Shown one piece after another: positions 27,847 to 35,642 of a stretch of 64,000 bases of DNA. The notes beneath the pieces are model-generated. The model did not search any database. It saw only the letters and a list, made by a program, of their open reading frames with translations, and was not told where the DNA came from. The translations under genes were made by a program, and so were the position numbers. The stretch comes from Patescibacteria group bacterium. Lineage in GTDB: Bacteria; Patescibacteriota; Minisyncoccia; 2-02-FULL-40-12; IGHO2-01-FULL-4-A. The stretch's first letter is position 1. Each line of letters starts with the position of its first letter. The stretch is from NCBI GenBank assembly GCA_038064915.1, contig JBBTSB010000009.1, positions 20,773-84,772 of the forward strand, read 5' to 3'.

Positions 27847-28607
27847 AGTGTTAATTGTAATATTTCTTCGGCAAGCTGTCGATATGCTTGTGCACCTTTG
27901 GAATTTGGATCAAATTGGAAGATGGTTTTCCCGTGGCTTGGCGCGGCGGCTAGCGAAATGGATCGTGGAATCATGGTCTGGAAGACGCGGCCGGGAAAGT
28001 TTTTTCTCACTTCATCCGCTACCTGCTGGGAAAGCATGTTGCGTTTATCGTACATCGTCAACAATACGCCATAAATCTGCAGGTTAGTATTGAGCGATGT
28101 CCGTACCAAATCAATCGTATTGAGAAGCTGGCTCAAGCCCTCCAGCGCATAGTATTCACACTGCACAGGTATAATCACGCCATCAGAGGCGGCAAGACTA
28201 TTGATGGGCAGCATGCCGAGACTTGGTGAGCTGTCGATGATGATGTAGTCGTAGTTGGTGCGGATTTTGTTGAGGACGTTTTTGAGCCAAAACTCACGCT
28301 CTTCTACGTTTACCAATTCAACGTTCGCGCCCGCGAGACTCGGAGCGGCAGGCAACAGGTCAAAGCCCAACAGTTGTGTCTTCCGAATGATTGCCTCCGG
28401 TTCATAGTCTCCCACGAGCGTGTGGTAAAGATTGAGGTGATCATCTTTGAGATACACACCCAAGCCCGTCGTCGCATTTGCCTGCGGATCCGTATCCACG
28501 ACGAGAATGTATTTCCCGAGTGCCGCAAGATAGGCACCGAGATTGGTTGCCGTCGTCGTCTTCCCCACTCCGCCTTTTGCGTTTACGACTGAGATGATGC
28601 GAGCCAT
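27843..28607 (-). CDS. parA: Chromosome partitioning ATPase ParA/Soj
   Basis: Deviant Walker A KGGVGKTT. Start placed at MARIIS; the upstream extension reads through the tRNA. Confidence 0.85.
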   Translation of the reverse strand: MARIISVVNAKGGVGKTTTATNLGAYLAALGKYILVVDTDPQANATTGLGVYLKDDHLNLYHTLVGDYEPEAIIRKTQLLGFDLLPAAPSLAGANVELVNVEEREFWLKNVLNKIRTNYDYIIIDSSPSLGMLPINSLAASDGVIIPVQCEYYALEGLSQLLNTIDLVRTSLNTNLQIYGVLLTMYDKRNMLSQQVADEVRKNFPGRVFQTMIPRSISLAAAPSHGKTIFQFDPNSKGAQAYRQLAEEILQLTL

Positions 28608-28662
28608 GGTAGCTTCATCATACCCTGGAAATTTTGAGTTTACAATGGTATAAATAAAGATC

Positions 28663-28747
28663 GCCCGAGTGGCGGAATTGGCTATACGCGCACGACTCAA
28701 AATCGTGTGACCGCAAGGTCGTGTGGGTTCGACTCCCACCTCGGGCA
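28663..28747 (+). tRNA. tRNA-Leu (anticodon CAA)
   Basis: Hand fold: acceptor GCCCGAG/CTCGGGC, anticodon arm CACGA-CTCAAAA-TCGTG, long variable arm and T-arm GTGGG-TTCGACT-CCCAC. Confidence 0.85.
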
Positions 28748-28751
28748 CTTT

Positions 28752-29474
28752 ATGGCAAAGCAAAAGTTGCCTTTCAAAAATTTTGATTGGACTGCCCACT
28801 TAGCTTATGCGGTCGGATTGCTAACCACTGACGGAAATCTTTCGCCGGATGGACGACACATTCATTTTCGATCAAATGATATTGATCTCATCGAAACATT
28901 CAAAGACTGTCTGAACATAAAAAATAAAGCTGGTGTTTCTTTCAATAAAGGGCTCCTGAAAAATCCGTCCTATAAAGTTCAATTTGGAAACGTGCAACTT
29001 TATCGATGGCTTCAAACGATCGGGTTACAACCAAATAAAACTTACACAATCGCTGAAGTAAAAGTTCCCGATGAATACTTTAGAGATTTCCTACGAGGAC
29101 ATCTTGATGGTGATGGTTCAGTTATTTTTTACCAAGACAATTACAATTTCTACAAGGGAAGAAATTATTCTAACTCCCGATTATACGTCTATTTCATTTC
29201 GGCGAGCGAAAAACATATCAGATGGCTCCATGCCAAGGTTACGACACTGGCAGGAATAAAAACTGCGTTGATTAAAAATGCTCCACAAGACAAAAACCGT
29301 GTTCCCATGTGGGTAATCAAGATTGCTAAAAAATCCTCTCTTAAATTACTACCTTGGATTTACTATCAAGATGCACTACCAACGTTAGCACGCAAAAGAG
29401 CAACGGCAATGCAAGGGATCAATGCTATTGCGCAGGAAAAGAGAAAAACTTACAATAAGATTGTCGCTACATAA
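28752..29474 (+). CDS. LAGLIDADG homing endonuclease (double-motif, free-standing)
   Basis: Two dodecapeptide motifs (LAYAVGLLTTDGNL and LRGHLDGDGSV). ATG lies 5 nt after the tRNA-Leu 3' end. Confidence 0.75.
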   Translation: MAKQKLPFKNFDWTAHLAYAVGLLTTDGNLSPDGRHIHFRSNDIDLIETFKDCLNIKNKAGVSFNKGLLKNPSYKVQFGNVQLYRWLQTIGLQPNKTYTIAEVKVPDEYFRDFLRGHLDGDGSVIFYQDNYNFYKGRNYSNSRLYVYFISASEKHIRWLHAKVTTLAGIKTALIKNAPQDKNRVPMWVIKIAKKSSLKLLPWIYYQDALPTLARKRATAMQGINAIAQEKRKTYNKIVAT

Positions 29475-29501
29475 TTGAGTCTTTCCCTCGGCACTGTAAT
29501 T

Positions 29502-29732
29502 ATGAAAATCACTTATGACAAGGAGGCAGACGCAGCAATGATCTACCTGCAGGAAATCAAGCAAGGTGGTACAGCCTGGACTTACCCCTGCGATCCCACG
29601 GAAATAAAAGGAATGATCAACTTAGATTTTGACAAAGATAATCGATTGATCGGGATTGAGGTTTTGGATGCTAGTAAACGCTTGCCCAAAGAGTTACTAG
29701 ATTCGGCCGAACGAATTGACAAGTCAGGCTGA
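29502..29732 (+). CDS. DUF2283 family small protein
   Basis: MKITYDKEADAAMIYL...LDFDKDNRLIGIEVL pattern. Confidence 0.5.
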   Translation: MKITYDKEADAAMIYLQEIKQGGTAWTYPCDPTEIKGMINLDFDKDNRLIGIEVLDASKRLPKELLDSAERIDKSG

Positions 29733-30548
29733 AGACATCAATTTCACCACATTCTCAAGCGCTACCGCACAGACGAGCGGTCCCACCCCACCGGGAACAG
29801 GCGTAATGAGCGAGGCTTTTTTGCTGACGTTCTCAAAGTCCACATCACCAGAAATCTTGCCCTCCGCACGACCATATCCAAAATCCATCACGATCGCCCC
29901 TTCTTTCACCATGTCGGCTTTGATCATGCCAACATTGCCAGTTCCGGTAATGAGAATATCTGCTTGGCAACACAGTTCTGCCTGGTTGGCATCGCCGCGA
30001 CTGATGACCGTGACACTTGCTTTCATACTAGCAAGCATGTGTGCGGCCGGTCGGCCCACAAGCAATCCGTAGCCAAAAACCGCAACTCGCTTCCCTTCAA
30101 CATCAATTTTGTGATAATCGAGGATTGCTTTTACCGCGGCCGGACAGGGCGGCATCACTGATGATCTTCCAACAAAAAACGCCCCTTGGGCTTTTTGTGA
30201 AAGTACATCAGGATCTTTTTCTAGAGGAATTGCATTAAGCACCGCCTGCTGGTTGATATGCTTAGGAAGTGGCAATTCGAGAATGATACCTGAAACTTTT
30301 TTCTGTTTTGCAATCTTTACAATTTCGGCTCTCAACTTTTTCGTAGTGATATCTGAAGAAAATTCGTACCATTTGTATTCAAAGCCGGCCTTCTTGGCCA
30401 TCTCTTCTTTGATTTCCAAAAAACGTCGCATCTCTTCCTGCGCGCCAACCAACACCGCCGCCACTAGCGGTTTAGTCTTGAGCTTAGCCACTTCCCCAGC
30501 CACCCGCTCCATGATTTCCGCCGCAATTTTTTTACCGTCGATGATCAC
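29724..30548 (-). CDS. folD: Bifunctional methylenetetrahydrofolate dehydrogenase/cyclohydrolase FolD
   Basis: FolD catalytic and NAD(P)-binding regions. GTG start overlaps the stop of the upstream inserted gene (GTGA). Confidence 0.9.
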   Translation of the reverse strand: MIIDGKKIAAEIMERVAGEVAKLKTKPLVAAVLVGAQEEMRRFLEIKEEMAKKAGFEYKWYEFSSDITTKKLRAEIVKIAKQKKVSGIILELPLPKHINQQAVLNAIPLEKDPDVLSQKAQGAFFVGRSSVMPPCPAAVKAILDYHKIDVEGKRVAVFGYGLLVGRPAAHMLASMKASVTVISRGDANQAELCCQADILITGTGNVGMIKADMVKEGAIVMDFGYGRAEGKISGDVDFENVSKKASLITPVPGGVGPLVCAVALENVVKLMSSA

Positions 30549-30550
30549 TT
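30517..30550. repeat. 33 bp direct repeat copy A (covers the folD start)
   Basis: TCCGCCGCAATTTTTTTACCGTCGATGATCACT; 31/33 match to 31221-31253. Confidence 0.75.
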
Positions 30551-30973
30551 CTTTTTTGGTGTTAGCTCAATTTCTTCCTTGAGTAAATCAAACTTTACGA
30601 CAAAAAGATCAAAAAAGCCACGCTGACCAAGAACTCCAAAGGATCTTTTGCCCAAATGATAAGAAAAAGCAACTTGGGTTTTGTATTTCCAACCACCAAT
30701 GAGAAGCGTAACTTCGTGGATAAAAGCATCAGCCGCACTTGATTCTTGTATTCCTCGAAAGTTTAATTTTCTTCCTTTGGATATGTCCAAATTCAAGGCC
30801 TCCCCTATTCCGGCATCAAAAATACAAAAATCTGCTCCCGAATCGATAAGTGCGTCGTATTCGAAAGGCTCACCGCCAACAGTTAATCCAATGGGGATAA
30901 CGGGTTTCAGAATGGCATCACCAAAAAAATCTGATTGTTCTGAAAGATGAAATTTGAGATATTCAAATTTCAT
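30545..30973 (-). CDS. Retropepsin-like aspartic protease
   Basis: ALIDSGAD (D-S/T-G-A) active-site motif; about 140 aa, single-lobe size. Confidence 0.6.
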   Translation of the reverse strand: MKFEYLKFHLSEQSDFFGDAILKPVIPIGLTVGGEPFEYDALIDSGADFCIFDAGIGEALNLDISKGRKLNFRGIQESSAADAFIHEVTLLIGGWKYKTQVAFSYHLGKRSFGVLGQRGFFDLFVVKFDLLKEEIELTPKKK

Positions 30974-30978
30974 GAAAA

Positions 30979-31179
30979 TTAAAACGCTCCCCCAATATAG
31001 GGAACAATCTCTGTGGGCACTCTAAATAGAATAGGGCTGGGTAAACCTTTTTTTCGAGCTTCTTGTAAAACCTCTTTGGCTGTTTCGCCGCTCGCCACAA
31101 CGGTCTTTTGATCTCTTTTCATAGCGACCCAAAGCCCCTTATATTTCTCAAAATTTTCACTCCAATCGATTGCTGCCAT
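30979..31179 (-). CDS. Small hypothetical protein (66 aa), partner of the retropepsin-like gene
   Basis: Co-oriented, 5 nt upstream of the protease gene. Possibly DUF5678-like, but this is uncertain. Confidence 0.4.
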   Translation of the reverse strand: MAAIDWSENFEKYKGLWVAMKRDQKTVVASGETAKEVLQEARKKGLPSPILFRVPTEIVPYIGGAF

Positions 31180-31210
31180 GATGATATGATATCAAAAAGC
31201 AATAATGGCG

Positions 31211-31252
31211 TCAAAGCAACTCCGCCGCTATTTTTTTGCCGTCGATGATCAC
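31211..31252 (-). pseudogene. Duplicated folD 5' fragment (GTG-ATC-ATC-GAC-GGC-AAA-AAA-ATA-GCG-GCG-GAG... giving MIIDGKKIAAELL*)
   Basis: Encodes the first 11 residues of FolD and then stops. Overlaps the glyA stop (TAGTG). Confidence 0.6.
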
Positions 31253-31253
31253 T
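31221..31253. repeat. 33 bp direct repeat copy B (downstream of glyA)
   Basis: TCCGCCGCTATTTTTTTGCCGTCGATGATCACT. Confidence 0.75.
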
Positions 31254-32400
31254 ATTTTTTCTTCGTCAGCACCTCGTGAATCTTGTGCGCAAGTTTGATC
31301 ATGTCTTTTTCTTTCATGCCGCGCGTGGTTGCTGCTGGGGTACCCAGACGTATGCCGTTGGGATTCCAGGGTTTTGCGGGATCATGGGGAATGGTGTTTT
31401 TGTTGACCACGAGGCCATGCTTTTCGAGCAAATTTGCCGCATCCCCTCCCGTGATGCCCTGCGGGCGCAGATCTACCAACATGAGATGATTGTCGGTACC
31501 ACCAGAGACAATCGTATAGCCAAGTTTTTTGAGCTCGCCGGCAAGGGCCTTGGCATTTTTGACAATCTGTTTTGCGTAGGCTTTGAAACTCGGCTTGAGT
31601 GCTTCTTCGAGTGCCACGCCAATTCCTGCAATCGTATGAAGGTGCGGACCCCCCTGCATGCCGGGGAATAGCGCCTTATTGATGGCGTCGATGAGCTCGG
31701 CACGCGCGATGATAATGGCGCCACGCGGACCACGAAGCGTCTTGTGAGTCGTAAACGTCACAATATCCGCATACGGAAAGGGGCTCGGATGAGCGCCGCC
31801 TACAATGAGTCCGGCAATGTGCGAAACATCCGCCATGAGTCTGGCTCCCACCGCATCGGCTATTTCACGAAACTTTTTGAAATCCACGGTTCTCGGGTAG
31901 GCCGTAAATCCACATACAATCAGCTTGGGCTGAAATTCCTTTGCCGTAGCCATGATGGCATCATAGTCGAGGTAACCGTCTTCTTTTACGCCATAGTGTT
32001 TGAACTGAAAGAGCTTGCTCGTAAGACTCACCGGACTACCATGTGTGAGATGACCGCCTTCTGAAAGTGACATCGCAAGGATCTTGTCCCCCATCTGCAG
32101 TGTGCCCGTGTAGACGGCGAGATTTGCAGGACTGCCAGAGTGAGACTGTACATTTGCCGCCCATTCTTTGGGATTGAGTTTGAAAGCTTTTAGCGCGAGA
32201 CGACGCGCTTCATCTTCAACATGATCGACGATACTATTGCCGTTGTAGTAGCGCTTGTGGGGATAACCCTCGGCATATTTGTTCATCAGCTCCGAGCCCA
32301 CCGCAGCCATGACCGCTTTTGATGCGTAGTTTTCGGAAGGGATGAGTGAGAGCGACTTTTTCTGGCGCGCAACCTCTTTTTTTATTAAATCTTTGATCAT
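31252..32400 (-). CDS. glyA: Serine hydroxymethyltransferase GlyA
   Basis: PLP-binding region (TTHKTLRGPRG) and SHMT signature. Confidence 0.9.
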   Translation of the reverse strand: MIKDLIKKEVARQKKSLSLIPSENYASKAVMAAVGSELMNKYAEGYPHKRYYNGNSIVDHVEDEARRLALKAFKLNPKEWAANVQSHSGSPANLAVYTGTLQMGDKILAMSLSEGGHLTHGSPVSLTSKLFQFKHYGVKEDGYLDYDAIMATAKEFQPKLIVCGFTAYPRTVDFKKFREIADAVGARLMADVSHIAGLIVGGAHPSPFPYADIVTFTTHKTLRGPRGAIIIARAELIDAINKALFPGMQGGPHLHTIAGIGVALEEALKPSFKAYAKQIVKNAKALAGELKKLGYTIVSGGTDNHLMLVDLRPQGITGGDAANLLEKHGLVVNKNTIPHDPAKPWNPNGIRLGTPAATTRGMKEKDMIKLAHKIHEVLTKKK

Positions 32401-33062
32401 AGTTTTAGAATTGTTTCTAGTTGTTTTGGTTTTACGGGGCCGATGCGGACGATTTTTGGCTTGACGGACGAGTAGTCGATGATGGTAGACGCGAGTGAGG
32501 GTTGGAGATTACCTACATCGAGCATCAAATCAGGTTGCCACATGCGAGGTTTAAAATCTTCGATGACCGCATTACTATTCCACGCTGCAGTGTCTTCTCC
32601 TGCCATATTAGCAGAAGTTGAGATCAAAGGATAGCCAAACTTTGCCATGAGCTTGTCCGTGAGCTCAAAGTCCGGAATACGAAGCCCTACGTTTGGTTCG
32701 CCTGCAGTCACAATGGAAGGAATAACATCACGCTTGGGCAAAATCACCGTGATCGCTCCAGGCCAAAGCTGTTCCAGAATCGGCTCGAGTTTTGGAGGCA
32801 CAAAGGCGAGTTCTTTGATCCATTGCATATTGCGAGCAATCACCGAGAGCGGTTTTTCAAGCGGCCGGTCTTTTATTCTGTAGATAGTCTCAACAGCTTT
32901 AAAATCCGTAGCATTGCAACCGATGCCATAGATCGTATCGGTGGGATAGATCACCGTTCCGCCCTCTTTGAGGACTTTTACAGCCTCTCGAATGGCGTCA
33001 GTGTAATCAGCCCCGACGCTCCGGTCGGGGTTAAGTAATAAGTTTACTTTTATTATCTTCAT
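32397..33062 (-). CDS. tsaC: L-threonylcarbamoyladenylate synthase (YrdC/Sua5 domain)
   Basis: YPTDTIYGIGCNA YrdC motif. Confidence 0.8.
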   Translation of the reverse strand: MKIIKVNLLLNPDRSVGADYTDAIREAVKVLKEGGTVIYPTDTIYGIGCNATDFKAVETIYRIKDRPLEKPLSVIARNMQWIKELAFVPPKLEPILEQLWPGAITVILPKRDVIPSIVTAGEPNVGLRIPDFELTDKLMAKFGYPLISTSANMAGEDTAAWNSNAVIEDFKPRMWQPDLMLDVGNLQPSLASTIIDYSSVKPKIVRIGPVKPKQLETILKL

Positions 33063-33882
33063 ATTTTCGCAGTATTTCTGCCTCCGATGACCCCAAATGA
33101 AACGCTAGCATATTATCATTGTAAACCAAATGCCCGCCGGGGCGGATGACGTTTGCCTTTGATTCGATACGGTGGCGCTGGTAACGGGCGGACCATGCCT
33201 CCAGTTTCGTTCCTATGAAAATCTCACAGAGCCATTGCAAAGCAAACGAAAGACCTTGGGGAACGATTTTATTTTCTGGCATATTCCAAACAGATGCATA
33301 ATCACGAACCCAAGTATTTGCCTCACGGAACTTTTTCAAGTCGTCTCTATCCACGGCAATCAGTGGTACCAAATTCGCATACAAGTGCGCCGTGTACATA
33401 CTATGAAACGGGATGTGCAAAGACTGGTCAGTAACAAAGTGATTGGGGCAGATTTTGTCCGGCGCCACGCGATCCTCATGGCGACGTGCCTTACCTAGTA
33501 CTATCAAAAGCCCCATGACCAACAAGCGAACCGTCCAAATATGTCCGTGCTTGGCAACGACGATGACATCCAGGTCGCTAAGCTCGTCGGCGTTTTCCAT
33601 GGAAAGGGATCCGGATACAAACACTACTCGCGCAAATGGCACAAAACGCAACCACCACGCGACGCGACGGGCAATTTGCCACTTTCTACGCGAAATGCGC
33701 TGACGTTCCTTGCGAAGCGGTACAAGGTATTCTCTATCAAAGAGGTAGTAGTATCCATCCCGCTCACTCACGAGGTCGGACCTCAAAGAAGTCCCGAGGT
33801 CCGACATCAGGAAAGGTCGGTCAAGGACATCATAGTAAGCCAGTTGTTTGAGCACATTCTGCATACACGCACCATAGCGCAT
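33031..33882 (-). CDS. Nucleotidyltransferase-domain protein (Pol-beta superfamily), function unknown
   Basis: hG[GS]x9-13Dh[DE]h signature: VFVSGSLSMENADELSDLDVIVV. Confidence 0.5.
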   Translation of the reverse strand: MRYGACMQNVLKQLAYYDVLDRPFLMSDLGTSLRSDLVSERDGYYYLFDREYLVPLRKERQRISRRKWQIARRVAWWLRFVPFARVVFVSGSLSMENADELSDLDVIVVAKHGHIWTVRLLVMGLLIVLGKARRHEDRVAPDKICPNHFVTDQSLHIPFHSMYTAHLYANLVPLIAVDRDDLKKFREANTWVRDYASVWNMPENKIVPQGLSFALQWLCEIFIGTKLEAWSARYQRHRIESKANVIRPGGHLVYNDNMLAFHLGSSEAEILRKYEDNKSKLIT

Positions 33883-33932
33883 ATCTCGACATTTTTGAAG
33901 GAAAGGTATAGCCTAAGCGTAAGGAGGCCACC

Positions 33933-34103
33933 ATGGAACTTCCCAGGTGTCCCAAGTGCGGCGCACCGCTCGATGTAACCATCATCGAGCGCAGTTGTGG
34001 GTGTTGTCGGGATCAAAACGGGATCATCTACTCGTGCTGGGTGCACGGGGAGATCGAGCGCATCCCGCTCCCACAGCACCAGCGGCAAAGTACCGCCGCG
34101 TGA
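33933..34103 (+). CDS. Small Cys-rich zinc-ribbon protein (56 aa), PRCP-motif family, paralog C
   Basis: RBS AAGGAGG 5 nt upstream. Sequence MELPRCPKCGAPL...SCGCC...SCWVHGE. GC-rich. Hand-translated; in a different frame from the rejected uvrC N-terminal extension. Confidence 0.45.
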   Translation: MELPRCPKCGAPLDVTIIERSCGCCRDQNGIIYSCWVHGEIERIPLPQHQRQSTAA

Positions 34104-34117
34104 CCCGCCCTCGCTCC

Positions 34118-34148
34118 CCCCGGGCTGCAGTTCAATCGCAGCCCGGGG
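34118..34148 (+). terminator. Perfect 11 bp hairpin CCCCGGGCTGC-(9 nt loop)-GCAGCCCGGGG between small ORF C and the uvrC RBS
   Basis: Post-stop context CCCGCCCTCGC is shared with the hairpin repeats at 13305 and 14276. No T-run follows. Confidence 0.5.
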
Positions 34149-34156
34149 ACAGGAAA

Positions 34157-35281
34157 ATGATCAATCAATTACCAGACAACATTCCCCGCACTCCCGGGGT
34201 ATATTTTTTTAAAAACGCCAAGGGCGCCATCGTTTATATTGGCAAAGCGCTCAACCTCCGCAACCGCCTCCGTCAACATCCGATGTTGACACGAGCGGAT
34301 AAGCTCGAATGGCAGGAGGTTGGTTCCGAAATCGAAGCACTCATTCTTGAATCGCAGTGGATCAAGCGCTACAAACCCTACTATAATATCTCTCTTCGAG
34401 ACGATAAAAATTATGTTTATGTACAATTCACGGATGAAGAGTTTCCAAAAGTTTTTGTTACACATAGAAATGGAATAGGCCCTTTCACCAGTTCCACGGA
34501 GTTGCGTGCCGCACTAAAAGCCATCCGCAAACTCATCCCCTACTGTACGTGTAAGCAAAAACATAACCGACCCTGTTTAAATGCGCACATAGGCAAATGC
34601 ATCGGCGACTGCTGTCTGAAAAACCCCAAACCCGTCTACAAGCAATACCAAAAAAATATCAAATTAATCAAAGACATTTTTTCTGGAAAAAAGAAAGCAT
34701 TAAAGTCATTCCCACGAGTTTTTGAAAATATCCGCGTGATTAAAGAAATTGCTGGACGTGAATCGGCCGTCGTAGAATTAGAAAACACATTTAAATTAAA
34801 AAATATAAAAAGGATAGAGGGGTACGATATCTCAAATGTCCAGGGTAAATTTGCTACCGGCTCGATGGTGGTCTTTGAAAACGGATATCCAAACAAATCT
34901 GAATATAGAAAATTTAAGATCAACCCGACCGCGTCCGCCGAAGCCTTGGCGAAGGCGGATGATACTAAGATGCTTGACGAAATGCTTGCCCGAAGATTTT
35001 CTCACCATGATTGGCCACGGCCAGATGTCATTTTGATCGATGGCGGCATCGCGCAGTTTAATATCGCCCAAAAGTATTTTTCACCTGTCTTGAGCATCGC
35101 CAAAGGCAAACAAGAAATTTTCTCAAGTACGCTCCCTGAGCCATTGGCTATTAGCTATTTGCCATCAGCCGTAGCTCACCTCCTCCAGCACATCGACGCT
35201 GAAGCCCACCGTTTTGCCATCACGTACTATAGAAAATTGCATAAAAAGACTCTTTCTGGTAGTATGAAAACACATGTTTAA
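34157..35281 (+). CDS. uvrC: Excinuclease ABC subunit C homolog (short form: GIY-YIG plus RNase H-like endonuclease domain)
   Basis: GIY-YIG (GVYFF...IVYIGKA.NLRNRL), a Cys cluster and the UvrC C-terminal endonuclease domain. Lacks the UvrB-binding and HhH regions. RBS AGGAAA. Confidence 0.75.
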   Translation: MINQLPDNIPRTPGVYFFKNAKGAIVYIGKALNLRNRLRQHPMLTRADKLEWQEVGSEIEALILESQWIKRYKPYYNISLRDDKNYVYVQFTDEEFPKVFVTHRNGIGPFTSSTELRAALKAIRKLIPYCTCKQKHNRPCLNAHIGKCIGDCCLKNPKPVYKQYQKNIKLIKDIFSGKKKALKSFPRVFENIRVIKEIAGRESAVVELENTFKLKNIKRIEGYDISNVQGKFATGSMVVFENGYPNKSEYRKFKINPTASAEALAKADDTKMLDEMLARRFSHHDWPRPDVILIDGGIAQFNIAQKYFSPVLSIAKGKQEIFSSTLPEPLAISYLPSAVAHLLQHIDAEAHRFAITYYRKLHKKTLSGSMKTHV

Positions 35282-35426
35282 GATCATTCGCGTTCTCGTA
35301 GGAACCGGTTTAGGTCTCTTTATTGCAGATTATCTGGGTTTTTTGAGTATCAACGGCATCAATTACCTTTGGGCCACACTCGTTGTGGTGGCGGCAGTGT
35401 TCGTCGTGAGAGGCTTTCATTTTTAA
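35274..35426 (+). CDS. Possible small membrane protein (50 aa, two transmembrane segments)
   Basis: Hand-translated (MFKIIRVLVGTGLGLFIADYLGF...); no SD. Confidence 0.25.
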   Translation: MFKIIRVLVGTGLGLFIADYLGFLSINGINYLWATLVVVAAVFVVRGFHF

Positions 35427-35429
35427 CCT

Positions 35430-35642
35430 ATGACCCCCATTACCATTGCACAAACCGTGTTGGGCGCGCTCTTAATAATCGCTATTTTACTGCAACAGCG
35501 CGGTTCCGGTCTTTCGGGAACCTTTGGAGGAGAAAGTTCTACGTATTCAACGCGCCGCGGCGCCGAAAAGATTATTTTTACGGCAACCATTATTTTGGCA
35601 ATTCTTTTCATCGGTGTGTCAGTGGTTCGTTTGCTCGTCTAA
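35430..35642 (+). CDS. secG: Preprotein translocase subunit SecG
   Basis: 70 aa, two transmembrane segments and a Gly-rich loop (LLQQRGSGLSGTFGG). Confidence 0.7.
   Translation: MTPITIAQTVLGALLIIAILLQQRGSGLSGTFGGESSTYSTRRGAEKIIFTATIILAILFIGVSVVRLLV

Noticed and set aside
28707-28799. N-terminal extensions of parA (to 28799) and the LAGLIDADG gene (from 28707), and of the RNase J ORF from 37455
   Set aside because: These extensions translate across tRNA genes (VGVEPT-type peptides from T-arm DNA). The internal Met starts match family N-termini.
33031-33882. CBASS-type CD-NTase
   Set aside because: No effector, Cap2/Cap3 or HORMA genes are adjacent. The flanks are tsaC/glyA housekeeping genes.
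33947-34156. 70-aa N-terminal extension of uvrC
   Set aside because: Pro/Arg-rich translation of the GC-rich small-ORF and hairpin region. The GIY-YIG domain begins at the Met at 34157, which has its own RBS.
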